From Ylistrum balloti (Eukaryota), in contig NW_026781960.1 in assembly GCF_031769215.1 (NCBI RefSeq), positions 620,001 through 684,000 on the forward strand: 64,000 nt of DNA, read 5' to 3'. Positions 40,040 to 51,868 of this stretch are shown here, in pieces; positions within the stretch are counted from its first letter, which is position 1; each line of letters begins with the position of its first letter. A program made the translations under genes and the position numbers. The notes beneath the pieces were generated by a model. It saw only the letters and a program-made list of their open reading frames with translations. It searched no databases and was not told the origin of the DNA.

Positions 40040-40920
40040 AATACAAGTGTACCAGTGAATTAGGAATGCTCCCTGTAAACGAAATTACTGAACACAAAAT
40101 TTTAATTTTAACACAAGACAATGATTTTGCAGTTAAGGGCTTGCAAGTCCTGAATTTGAAATATATTCACATTCTCTTAGTATGACCATTGTATACACCA
40201 AGTTTCATGGCCCTAGTTTTAAAGCAAGCAAAGATACACCCATGGTACAAAATTTAACAAAGGGATTATAAAGAAGGGTTTATAGCCCCAAAAATTGCTA
40301 CAATGTATCTTTCTTAAGCGTGACTGATGTATATATCATTAAGATGTTACTGACTTTAACATTGCTACACTGCATATTGTGTTAGTACTATCGATGTATA
40401 CATCAAGACTCATTATCCTTACTGAAATGAAAGCAAAGCTATGATCTGGATACAAAATTTTAACAAAGGGTAATAAATTTGTACTTTAAGATTGCGGGGC
40501 CTGAATTTGGTACACTGCACATCTTCTAAGTATGATTAATCAATAGATAACTCAGTTTCATTATCTCCTTTTTGATGCAAGCAAACATATACTCTAGAAA
40601 ACAGTTTTCAACAAACGGCAATATTCTGTAGTTGAGGGATCCAGGGCTCTGAATTTCGTACACTGCTCATTTTCAAAGTATGAATAAATGTCATTATCCC
40701 AGTTTAAATGCGAACAAAGTTATGCTCGAGATAAGAGCAATCATTTTGTAATTGGGGGATCTAGAGCTCTGAATGTGGAACACTGTACATTGTCATAGTA
40801 TGATCAGTGTATTCACCTAGTTTCATTAACCTCATGCAAATACGAGCAACTTAACGTTACGCTCCGGACACAAAAAGACGGACGGACAAACCGGGGACCA
40901 TGTGCTCCCCGATAATGAAA
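40040..40920 (+). mobile_element. Helentron/HINE-like non-autonomous element with internal satellite-like repeats
   Basis: 5' acaagtgtaccagtg..aatgctccc. Degenerate ~150-170-bp internal repeats (tttaacaaaggg..., gaattt..gtacactgc). GACG microsatellite gacggacggac. Terminal hairpin CGGGGA-ccatgtgc-TCCCCG at about 40891-40910. Confidence 0.55.
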
Positions 40921-41207
40921 TAAAACAAACAATAAGTAGTTACAGTAGACAAGACATATGTTGTCTATTTTACCAAGACATGATGACATTTTATACAGAA
41001 CGAGGTTAACATTAATTCTCACAGCCAGTGTATGTTTGCTTCAAAATTATTTTTCTTTCTCGCAATAGAACATGTTGAGTACTGTGTCACCTACATGTCA
41101 AAAATGCTTGAAACATCAATACCGATTAACCATTAAACAAGTTATAGAAATATTGCATACTATCAAAATATAATTACCGTTATAGAAAATGATATCAAGT
41201 GTGATCC

Positions 41208-41725
41208 CGCCAGCTTATTGATTACCATTATACAAGAATAATTATCACGTGTTATCCCACCAGCTTATTGATATAATGAATACCATTATACAAGAATAAT
41301 TATCAGGTGTTATTCCAACAGCTTATTGATATAATGAATACCATTATACAAGAATAATTATCACGTGTTATTCCAACAGCTTACTGATTACCATTATACA
41401 AGAATAATTATCAGGTGTTATTCCACCAACTTATTGATATACTGAATACCATTATACAAGAATAATTATCACGTGTTATTCCACCAACTTACTGCTAAAC
41501 TAATTACCATTATACAAGAATAATTATCACGTGTTATTCCACCAACTTATTGATATACTGAATACCATTATACAAGAATAATTATCACGTGTTATTCCAC
41601 CAGCTTACTGATTACCATTATACAAGAATAATTATGAGGTGTTACTCTACCAGCTTATTGATATACTGATGGATTACCATTATACAAGAATATTTATCAC
41701 GTGTTATCCCACCAGCTTATTGATA
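41208..41725. repeat. 50/58-bp minisatellite, about 9 copies
   Basis: Unit ccattatacaagaataattatca(c/g)gtgttattcca(c/a)cagctta.. with long and short variants. Confidence 0.92.
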
Positions 41726-42986
41726 AACTAATTTGTAAAAAGGTATAAAATCATATTTTATTGATATAATCACAAGTCAGTTCCCAGGAAGAAACGTTGT
41801 TTGAAGCCCCGAGTGAATAAAAGTCAAAATTACAAACAGTTGCAAAATGCAGCGTGTGTTGCTTGCCCATCGCATTTTTTTTGTTAGGCACGTTGCTATT
41901 TTTTTTACTTTTATTTTAAAAAAGATTTTTAGGGGTAGGGTGTTTTTGTATTGTTTTTTCTGTTTATTAAGGAGACAGGAAAGCTCATGGACATATGCTG
42001 TTGATATTCTTTGCTAAATGCATGTCTGTTAATTCTGATATAGGGACAAATTATTTATTAGTCAAATGTGAATAGAACTCAAAAGTGTACTTATCTGAGA
42101 CAAAGGAGATAGAAAATGTCTCGACAATGACCTTTCTTATCAGAATATCTACATTTTCTAAACGTTATAACTGCTATCCCTTTAAGTGCCTCGGTAGCTT
42201 GTCATATATAACGTGTTGATAGTGCCGGATGATCCTTGCTTAGAGAGGATTTTATCTCCAATTCTAGTCCAATTACAAGATGTACTGTGTGTTGGCGATC
42301 TCCGTGTGCCTGTTTGGACAGGCATGTTTCTATAAGTTTTTATATGATTCATCATTGCACATGGAATGCTCATCTTGAATCCATGCCTTTCGTCTTTATC
42401 TAATTTTTTCACTGATTGTCCATATGTATTGTGAATGCGATAGGCTTTTATTCAGTTTATTTCTAGTTTTAATCCCAAAAACAAACTTAGTCTACATGTT
42501 TTAGTTCTGGATTATACTGACTGTTTGTTTGTGTTTCCTTTTGATAGCGATATCGAGCACGAGAAATTCTATAATATGTATTATTTTAGAACTATAAGTA
42601 AAGATGCAATCTAGATAAGCCTGTTTTAATAGCCCACTTTCCTTTTTACGGAATGATTTATATTATGTAATTTATATTCTTTAAACTCAGATGTCGCAGT
42701 GAAATCTTAATTTATAACCTAAATAAATTGAATTGCAATTTCTGGATGTAAACTGAAATCTATGACACTCGTCTCATCATTTCAAGGATTGAATTCTCGT
42801 TAACTATCAATGTATCGCAATATAGTGAAAATATTCATCGAAGAAAATAGCAGGCTATACGCTAGGTTGTTACATCACAGTTGAAACTTTGCTGAAATCA
42901 TGATATTTGTTTGCCACTTGGTTTCAGCTGATACGTAAATAATTGTTTTTAAAGAGATATATCAACGCAATATCGATTATTTACAG

Positions 42987-44121
42987 GTCTTGAGTGCGAC
43001 TACAATGATTCCTTCTACTCATCGTCCTCATCACCACGAACCAAATGAGTTTGATCAAGGTTTATTCTACTATGACGCATTGTCGGTAGGTACCTACCTT
43101 CAGCATTATATCAGATAAAATCCTGTATCATATGTCACAGTTACGCAAATTATTATTGGTGTTTCTGCATGTAATGATATGCATCTAGTGTATACCCCGG
43201 CCCATCGTCCCCAGCCAAATTAAAGATACATGTCACATAGGAATTGCTGATATATATATGTGTGTGTATATATGTTAAGGGTATTTCCGTCGTGGGAATT
43301 TGGTCAATTCCTGTTGCAATGAAATCAAGCGATGTACGTGTTTTCTATAATATTGTACAAAAGACACATTTTTCATAATTTAGAGTAGAATGAATTAAAC
43401 TGCATCATACAGATGTTTCGTCCTTCTAGGAATCGTCAGTGATGCTAAGGGCCTGAAATTTGAAGCCTAGGGTGCGACTAAGGAAAATCCAAAGTGATCA
43501 AAAGAAAAGTTAAAATCCAAAATGATCAAAGGAAAAGTTACAATCAAGGCCAGGACGTGCATTAGGACAAAGGATAGCTTTCACGAAACAGTAGATTCTG
43601 ATTTATTGACTTCTTAAAGTGTTTTTTTCCTATTTTGATTTCAACCATGAAAAGAGTGATTCATGGAACTTCTCTGAAATAGTTATCTTTACGTCAGCAC
43701 AACTTCGGACCAAGATTATTATATTATTTCCATCGTTTAATTCCTCTTTATAGCATCAAATGGTGATGAAGCTTGGAAGTAACTGTTACATTGAGAAACT
43801 GAAAGCTTCCCAACGGCCACAAGTCCATACAACCGATGGGCTTTTGAAACTGGAGGTGAGTATATTTTGGCAATATCAACAGTAAAACACGCCAGAAATC
43901 ACTTATCAACTTGTTTTCCTTATTTTATACTACGTCCTTTATTTGGTTCTTTGTAGAGTAACTTGATGTTCCTCGTAGCAAAGGGAACCAAAACACAGAT
44001 GGGACATGATGAAGTGAATTCTTTAAGCGTGCACCTTGAGCACATGTGTGGTGGTCAGGACGTCTTTGTAGTATCGCACCCTCATCATCACCAAACAACA
44101 ACAATGGGTATAATTGGTTGA
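42987..44121 (+). CDS. Small His-rich secreted protein, paralog 3 (inverted; exon 1 uncertain)
   Basis: Exons 42987-43085, 43754-43855 and 43957-44121 read VLSATTMIPSTHRPHHHEPNEFDQGLFYYDALS|HQMVMKLGSNCYIEKLKASQRPQVHTTDGLLKLE|SNLMFLVAKGTKTQMGHDEVNSLSVHLEHMCGGQDVFVVSHPHHHQTTTMGIIG*. AATAAA overlaps the stop. Candidate exon 1 at 41847-41891. Confidence 0.8.
43385..43450 (-). repeat. Truncated 3' tail of the LINE family seen at 8310-8460
   Basis: The reverse complement matches ctgacga.tcctagaaggacgaaaca.ctgtatgatgcagtttaattcatt. Another copy lies at 49350-49475(-). Confidence 0.7.
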
Positions 44122-44179
44122 ATAAAAGGGAAATCCTTTATGTAAACGTGCTTTTGTTATCATATTGGAAAGGAAATTT

Positions 44180-44360
44180 TTATATGGTAAGTTTTATAGT
44201 AGTTTCTATGTGCGGGACACACTGGTGAAAACAAATATAATGGAAGTTTTTATGTGATAAGTTTTATAGTAGTTTCTATGGGCGTTACACACTGGTGAAA
44301 ACAAATCTAATGGAAGTTTTTATATGGTAGTTTTATGGAGGGGACACACTGGTGAAAATA
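44180..44360. repeat. ~65-bp tandem duplication, about 2.5 copies
   Basis: cacactggtgaaaacaaat.taatggaagtttttat repeated. Confidence 0.75.
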
Positions 44361-46367
44361 TTTTTTTAAATTATATAGTGACTGTAACACCATATGTTTG
44401 ACATATGAACCGAAGAAGGAAGCTTATCGGACCAAGTTCATAAGAATAAAAGATTAAATGAAGTGAATAGAAATGACAAATTCTGATTGATCGACCTCAA
44501 AAGAATACAATTTCCTATTTAATATATTTTATTATTCCATCAACAAATCATGTCTGAACTACATAACTTACACAATTTATTTCAAAACTCTTATACTAAA
44601 TAAGTAACTCTAACAATTGCATTAAAACACAATAGTAACTAGATGGCAATAACATACAGTAATAAGCGTACCTGGAACTCTGGTAGAGACTGATATCTCA
44701 TCTATATGTCCACTAGGATGGCGACCGGACAAAAACAGCAACCGGTTAGAACCGTTCCAGGAGGAACCAGGCAAATAAAATCCGTTTGCATAGCACACCG
44801 TGCTCCAAGCATTTACCTAATTACCAATGTGACGATCCATGGCCGACACATAAATTACTTGAGTCTATCATCTATTTCTTGCCAGAGTTACCTCCTCTTA
44901 TTATATTACCACCCAGTTATGTCCCTTGGGAAAACCTAGCAGACACATCCCTGATATCTGTACAACGTGAATATTAAGGAAGAGTGTTTGTTTATTTTTT
45001 AAAAAAAACTGGCATGTTCCTTTATTGCCAGATTTTCGCCATGTAAATTTAAATCATGAAACAACGACTAAAAACTCGCATAATGTACACAGAACACTCA
45101 ATATATAGATATCAATAGATTTCTTCTATTTACAGTCATTGTCCAATAAATTGGATTTAATTCAATCTCTGGTAATGTCTCGTGTCCCTTGCTATAGTAA
45201 TCTAAATATTATAGCTACAGTTCCATTGAGAAAAGAATTACTGAACATTTCAGCAATAATTCTAATGCAGTCACACACAAACACATATATAGTATCTCTG
45301 CTAGGTATTCCGTAAAACCATGATGTATTTGGTATAAACTGAAGCAAAAGAAATCTAGAAGCAGCATGTACTCGCTAAACTTAAAAACTTACTGCACATG
45401 CCAGAAATTCACAAGTAATTGCATTCTGGGAAACTCTCTGGAGAGTTCTACACGAAGAGAGATAATTCTAACGTTCGATTTTATTTTAGATTTATCAAGA
45501 AAGACAACTCTTGTGACCTTATGATATCAAACTTTTGATTACTGCATACAGATGTAATCGGTATTTTAATCAAATATGAATATGTTAAGTGAATAGATGT
45601 CATTACCAGGACGTTATTGTAAATTAGAGAGCAGCTGTTTTCATGGTTCGAGCAAATTTTGAGGTTTAACAATAACTCACAACGTGACCTATTTGGTCTT
45701 GGCTGGATTTATTTATCTTTTGTCAAGATTTATATCATTAAGATAATGGTGTCTCCTCACTTCACGCAAGATATCTTTCATTCCTATGTAAGTCCCCAAT
45801 CAGAGATTTGGGTCATATAGAAGGATTTATGTGGTAAAAGATATTTTTAACAGAAACAGTATTGATATGGATATTTCAAAGGGGAGTTAATTGACTCTGC
45901 AAAACAAGGAAAATAGAAAATACCAATATGTTAACATTATCTTTATTTAAATTCAAAATAAATGAAAGTAGGGCAAAATTTGAACAAATGAAAAGATTTA
46001 CGCGGTTATACTATTGCAACAGTTTAAGGAGAAGAATACCAGATATTCTGGAAGGGTTGGCGTTTTCTACTTCATCGATGACATCCTCCTTGTAAAGTGT
46101 GATAAATAGGACATTATCAAATTTTATTTATGTACGTGTTGATTAGAATGGAGTTTGACAGTAAGCGTTAAAAAAGTTTAAATATATGAATTAGAAAACA
46201 TTTGGTCGCTTAATGAAATACAGGATTCACTTATCAATTATTTCTTTTTTAGTTCATACCATTTTCCCATAAAAATCAATAACAGAATGATTTGTTCTTT
46301 GTAAAACCATCATGATAAAAGTGAAATTTTACTTTAACGTATCATCGATTCTATTTGATTTAGTAAA

Positions 46368-48169
46368 TCAAAGTTTTGATAAATCCTGTTGTGTTAATTT
46401 CTCCATGCTGTAGAGGAAAGATGCTTGAAAGATTCTCTTGTTCCTGAGATAAATTGCAAAATAAAACCTCTGCACATCATGTGTTTCTTGCCAACTGTAA
46501 ACATCTAGATTGACACTGGATGGAGCTTCTCCCAGAAATGTTACTTTGGTTTCTAATATCGGATACCAACACATGTCTTCTTTGTAATAACGGTAATATC
46601 CTGCTAGGGACGCTTCTGTTGCACAGTCTGTACAGAATCTGTAAAATACTGCAAAATTTACGTGAAAATTGGTATCCATATCACTAGGTCGAGAACGAGT
46701 CAGCGTTCTAAAGGCATCAGGGGGAGGGATTAAGTCTTCTTGTCTGGTAGACATTATTGTAAGGTCAGTTTTTGGGAATTTCGAAAATGTTTCATTAACC
46801 CATTCAGGGAGTTTCAATGGACGACGTGATTCTGAATCAACACTAACAACTTTTGATTCCAGGCGCACAAGTTGCTCCATTGAAAGCGGGTCTATTAAAG
46901 TTTGTATAATAGAGAATGAGGTTTTCCCAAGAGACACAAAAGTCACTCGATGCAGAAGAGAAACGTTGTCCCTAGGAGTCTTCTGTTGTAGTTTTGGAGA
47001 ATAAAAGATGTCCTCCTGCACAGTATACGCTCTCATATGTCCGAATTTGGCAGTGAAAAATCCTTTTTCTTCTGCCTCATAAAAACTTTCTGCTAAAACA
47101 CGAATGATACCTACAATTGTAAGATGTCCTGAAAATAAGACAAGACAGATTTATTTGAAAGAAATCTACTAGTGAACGATATACATTCTACTTTATTCAT
47201 GTGCAAGATAAAAGAGAACAAGTGGAATTCGTGTTACAAATCAAACAATATCCTTATCACATTAGAGATGCATATCGGAAATTTTCACGTTTTTATTAAA
47301 CATAAAAGCAAACAATAAAATCTAAGCTCTCACAATTTGTTCGGTTCATATTGCTGAAGCAGTATTTTAAATTGTGTTTACAAAACAACTCACTAGAAAA
47401 AAACTAAAATTTCAGAAAGCATGTAATGCTATAATATACATATCTATATTTACATATACTCTATATTGATATTAAGATAGATGAGCCTCTTTTTGGCTTC
47501 ATGGTTTCCTAGTTTATTGGCATCAGATGTAATCTGAAATAAGTAATCAACTCATAACACAGAAAAAGATAAAATGTGATGAAAGATAGTTTTACGGTCG
47601 CCATATTGATCTCATTGAGAAATAAACTATTTCTTTGTGTAATATGAAGATGGATGTGTTTGATGCTCGTAAGTTTGCTTGATGGTTCCGTTTTTGTTTA
47701 CCTTGGGAACGTGACATAACATACTTGGATTAACCAAGGTTTACATGGTGGGTGTCGTCGATGAAGCAGAAGACAATTACTCTTCCGGAACACCTTGTTT
47801 TATTTTCATTGTAATTCTTTTCAGGATTCTTTCTTTTGTTCATATTCTGTCCTAGTTTAATTGAATTTGGGTCTGGATCATGTTGACATGTTGGTATTTC
47901 CTTGTTTTTGTTTGTTCGTTATTTTTATTTTTATTTATTTATTTATTTATTCATTTGTAATTAGTAATGGTCTACTTATGCTGTATACTATTTTCCTGTT
48001 GTTTACAGGTTTACGACAATTGTTATTGAAGGATTACTTATATATTCATAGGTTATTTTGCATTATCGATTATCTGTTTGAATCAATTACCTGTTCGATC
48101 ATAATAAGACGCTGTTAAACGTGGCACCATGAGGTCCACCTGTTGTCCTGTGGCAAACTTCGACTGCAT
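46368..48169 (-). CDS. Double hot-dog-fold acyl-CoA/acyl-ACP thioesterase-like protein (279 aa)
   Basis: Coding exons 48169-48091 and 47128-46368 (840 nt, phase 1, GT-AG). MQSKFATGQQVDLMVPRLTASYYDRTG|HLT..., with second-domain motif RSRPSDMDTNFHVNFAVFYRFCTD of FatA/thioesterase type. A further acceptor at 48183 implies a 5' UTR exon. Confidence 0.8.
47745..47900 (+). repeat. Dispersed PLE-UTR-type repeat, best-preserved copy (thioesterase intron)
   Basis: ggtgggtgtcgtcgatgaagcagaagacaattactcttccggaacacctt...tgttgacatgttggtatt. Confidence 0.65.
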
Positions 48170-49349
48170 GTTTCTATTTACTCTGCAAAAAGGAAAAAAA
48201 ATAAGCATCAATTATATAGTAAGTTGATATTAGACAACAGAAGAACAATGCCGTCATTAGAAAAACGTATTTGTTTTTGTCTGATAAAGAACATACATCT
48301 ACTCCAAATAAAAAACAACTGAAATGAATACACAATCCGTACCGTTTGTAATTATATTAATATCATTTCATCAAAAAAAAGTTATATGTGATAGAGAATA
48401 ATGTTTTATCATTATATACTGAATCTTCACATTATCAAGCTTCAATATAAGTATTTCAGTATTACAGCAAATGTGTCTGAGTGATCAACTCTGATTTATG
48501 TTACAATAGACATGTACGATTTGAAAATATATAGAGTTGGTTACAAGCTTTATTTTCGCCTATTTTTTCAACAAGTCCACATCTTTGCATTCGATTAACG
48601 TGATTCCTAATCATTTGTACTGATACGTAAACACGCCCTATTACAACTGTTTAACATCTATTAAATAGTTGAGGCAACAAATTCGCGCCAAGGCAAGCAA
48701 GGGAAGACTTCTAGATACTATTTGTACACATGCAGTTAAGATAAAAAGTCATTTCATAAGAGATAAAAAGAAGGCTGTCTATTCATGTTGATACATATAA
48801 GACTTTCGTCAACAGATGAGAAAAAAGGTTATCTTCAATATCTCCAGCTACGGTGTATAATGAGGGATGTGTACCTTATACACATGTGTAAGGTATTGAT
48901 CACGCCATGGTGTATGTGTACACGTAACCGCGGTGTATGTATACAATAAAGACAGGTAAATGATCACAGGTAAAGTAGACAAACTTGGAAAAATTATGAA
49001 AATATCCAGGTCAAGTACATTGACATTACTTTCTAATTACTGACTCCAACAATACTTACCATCAACGTACGCTACACCTACTTGTCAATCAGAGTGACAC
49101 AATACAAGGATCAAGGTCATTCACCTCATTCAACCACGTCATACCCTTTTCTGTGTGAAGTTTGCGATAACAGTTGACTGTCGTTATCAAGACCATGATG
49201 CTTCACGAGTGTGGTCGTGTGGCGGAATTAAATATAGGCGTGAGATGTCAGTGTATTGAATTCACCTTGCCTTAATCCCTACCTAAGAGAAACTATTGTT
49301 CAGTACAATGACTATACGAGACAAACTAGTAAAAAGCAGCTTTTAATAG

Positions 49350-49475
49350 ATACAGCCAAACAATGAATTGAACTGCATCACACATCTGTTTCGTCCTTCT
49401 AAGACTGTCAGTGATGCTAAACCATACAGCTGTTTCGTCCTGCTGGGATCTGTCAATGATGCTACATCATACAAT
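49350..49475 (-). repeat. Truncated LINE 3' tail copy
   Basis: Reverse complement of the repeats at 8340-8460. Confidence 0.7.
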
Positions 49476-50129
49476 TGTTACTACTAATCAAGTGATTCAA
49501 AACGTGGCATACAGGTAACAGCAAAGCTAGGGGAGTAAAAGTCCGCCAACAGTGTCTACCTTCTGTAATTAAAGATGAAATAAGTCATAACATGTTTTTG
49601 AGACCTTGAAGGCGACTCAGTAAAATTACAATTGATCAAATTAGCGTCAAAACCTAGATGAGACAGTGATCTTAAACCTAAAAGAATGCCAGTAACAATA
49701 TTATTAGCAAGCACGTCACGAGTCGCCACCTTTGTCTGTAACACTTCTCTTCGTTCATACGTTATTTTTTCTTATTCGTTACTGTCTTTTATATCATCCT
49801 AATTATGTAAAGAAGACAGTCCCCAAATTCTGATTGAATGTTTAATGATATCTTTCTGATTAAAAATGATATTGTGCAAAATGAAATATTTATTTTCACT
49901 TACAAGAGCCCTTGTATTTATCGTTGCGACCGTTGAACATTATACCCTGTAAAGTCTACAATTCTTTATAAGTTCTTACACAGGTGACATTCACGAAAAG
50001 ATCTAAAACTGAGTGTCGTATAAACACCTTGAATAAAATAACGATGTAGAATAACGATAATGTTTTTAGCATTATTTTGACAATATATTATATGCGATAT
50101 CACAATTTTAACATTACTTCCCCAGATGT

Positions 50130-50788
50130 TTTCTGACTCATACAGAAAGAAATATTCTATAAGATTTTCGATAAATTGCAAAACAAATTCTCTGGACATT
50201 GACTGTACCTAGCCAAACATATATGTCCAGGTCCGTAAATGGTGGTGATTCGCTAGTAAATGAAACAACAGGAAAGTGGCACATGTCACCGTCGTCATAG
50301 TAACGCTATTATCCTGATTGCGACGCTTCTGAAGCACAGTCTGAACCAAATCTGTAATACTGTGTAAAACCAGCGTATCACTAAATATCGTGCGGATCAC
50401 CGTTTTCAAGGCATGCATTGGTAGGAAAATGTATTCTTTAACATTTGTTATGAAAACAGGTTCATCACTTGTTTAATGATTTGATCATTTTTTCAAAATT
50501 TATGGGAAGTTTTGAAAGGTTTATTTGTTTCCGGATCAATGTTTACCATCTTTTTTTTCAATATGAAGCAGGCGCATGAAGATCATGGACAAGGTTATGG
50601 GACGTAGTTCTAATGGAAGGGACACGTGCAGCATGATATCTCGAATATGGTATAAACAGATTTGATGAAGTTTTGGGGAACATACCATCCTTCTCGAACA
50701 ATGAATACCTGTTTGAGAAACCCACGCCGTCTCGTATCTGCTAAACCATCTGCAACATACTGTATGGTTGCATAAATTGGAAGATAAC
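50130..50788 (-). pseudogene. Thioesterase-like pseudogene (paralog of 46368-47128)
   Basis: Acceptor cttcag|GT TAT. Reads GYLPIYATIQYVADGLADTRRRGFL, then QYYRFGSDCASEASQSG**RYYDDGDMCHFPV..SESPPFTDLDIYVW..VNVQRICFAIY, with stops and frameshifts. Confidence 0.8.
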
Positions 50789-51635
50789 CTGAAGCAGATT
50801 GTTTCAAGCGTATTGCCAAAAAATAAACCAAATGACAAACAGCCCCTACTTTTCTCAGGCATTACATGAAGATCTTTAACATCATTAAGGAATTTTCGTC
50901 ATTTATTGAAACAATTTCACCCCATTTATAGTTTCAGGATATTAAAACGCTATTGGGAAAAGATCTTTTTTGTACTTACATAATCCTGTTCGATAAATAT
51001 TATTTCATGAAAATATGCGCTGAAATATAATGTTTGATCTACAAGAAAATACACTAAAATGCTCGGTGTGTAACGTGTCAACTTAAATTTCAAAGCAGAC
51101 AATAAATCTATGTCAATTATCTAGTTGCATTTTATTATGACGTATCAAACTAGTCGTTCCTTTATGGTGCAATCATTGCTTGTATATTTTGTGCAGTCTA
51201 AACGTATCAGTAGAGTGTATTATATTTGGATATATGTAGGTGCAGTCAAAAATCTAATTAACATCGTTGTTGCATCTTATATATATTTATACTTAGATAT
51301 ATATCTATATATATTATTTTAAATCTTTGAATTGTACGAAGTAATGTGTAGCTATGGTATTTCTATGTCAGTTATATTTATAACTGCCGCCTAGTATTTG
51401 TCAGCGAGCAGAGGTCAACCCAAGTGTACTTCAGGGCGTTTAACTCCCCCATCTGGCTTACAAATCAACAATATAAATCTCAAAATGTAAGTCCTTTAAA
51501 TCATAGCTAAATATCCCCTAGTGTCTGAGATGCTTACAATGACGTCCCTCCTTTTCATGCAATGTAATGGTATTAGTTATTGTATACACCTGATGATAAA
51601 AGTTTATGCTGTTACACCTACCTTGCACGTATGGA

Positions 51636-51868
51636 AAATGAAAAAAATAAGTATGTAATACAATGTTGAAAAATGGACAATGTAAAATAAGAATGTAATA
51701 CAATGTAAGAAAATGGACAATTTAAAATAAGTATGTAATACAATGTTGGAAAAAGGGCAATGTAAAATAAGTATGTAATACAATGTTGGAAAATAGACAA
51801 TGTAAAATAAGTATGTAATACAATGTTGGAAAAATGGACAATGTAAAACAAGTATGTAATACAATGTT
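51636..51868. repeat. 40-bp minisatellite, about 6 copies
   Basis: caatgttggaaaaatggacaatgtaaaataagtatgtaata; period 40. Confidence 0.9.

Noticed and set aside
46669-47004. Plus-strand 111-aa ORF (also 19706-19945)
   Set aside because: Antisense shadows of real coding exons.
48182-49065. Splice-created uORF (ATG|AGT AAA TAG) in the thioesterase 5' UTR
   Set aside because: It depends on an unverified upstream exon ending at 49060 and is unsupported without transcripts.
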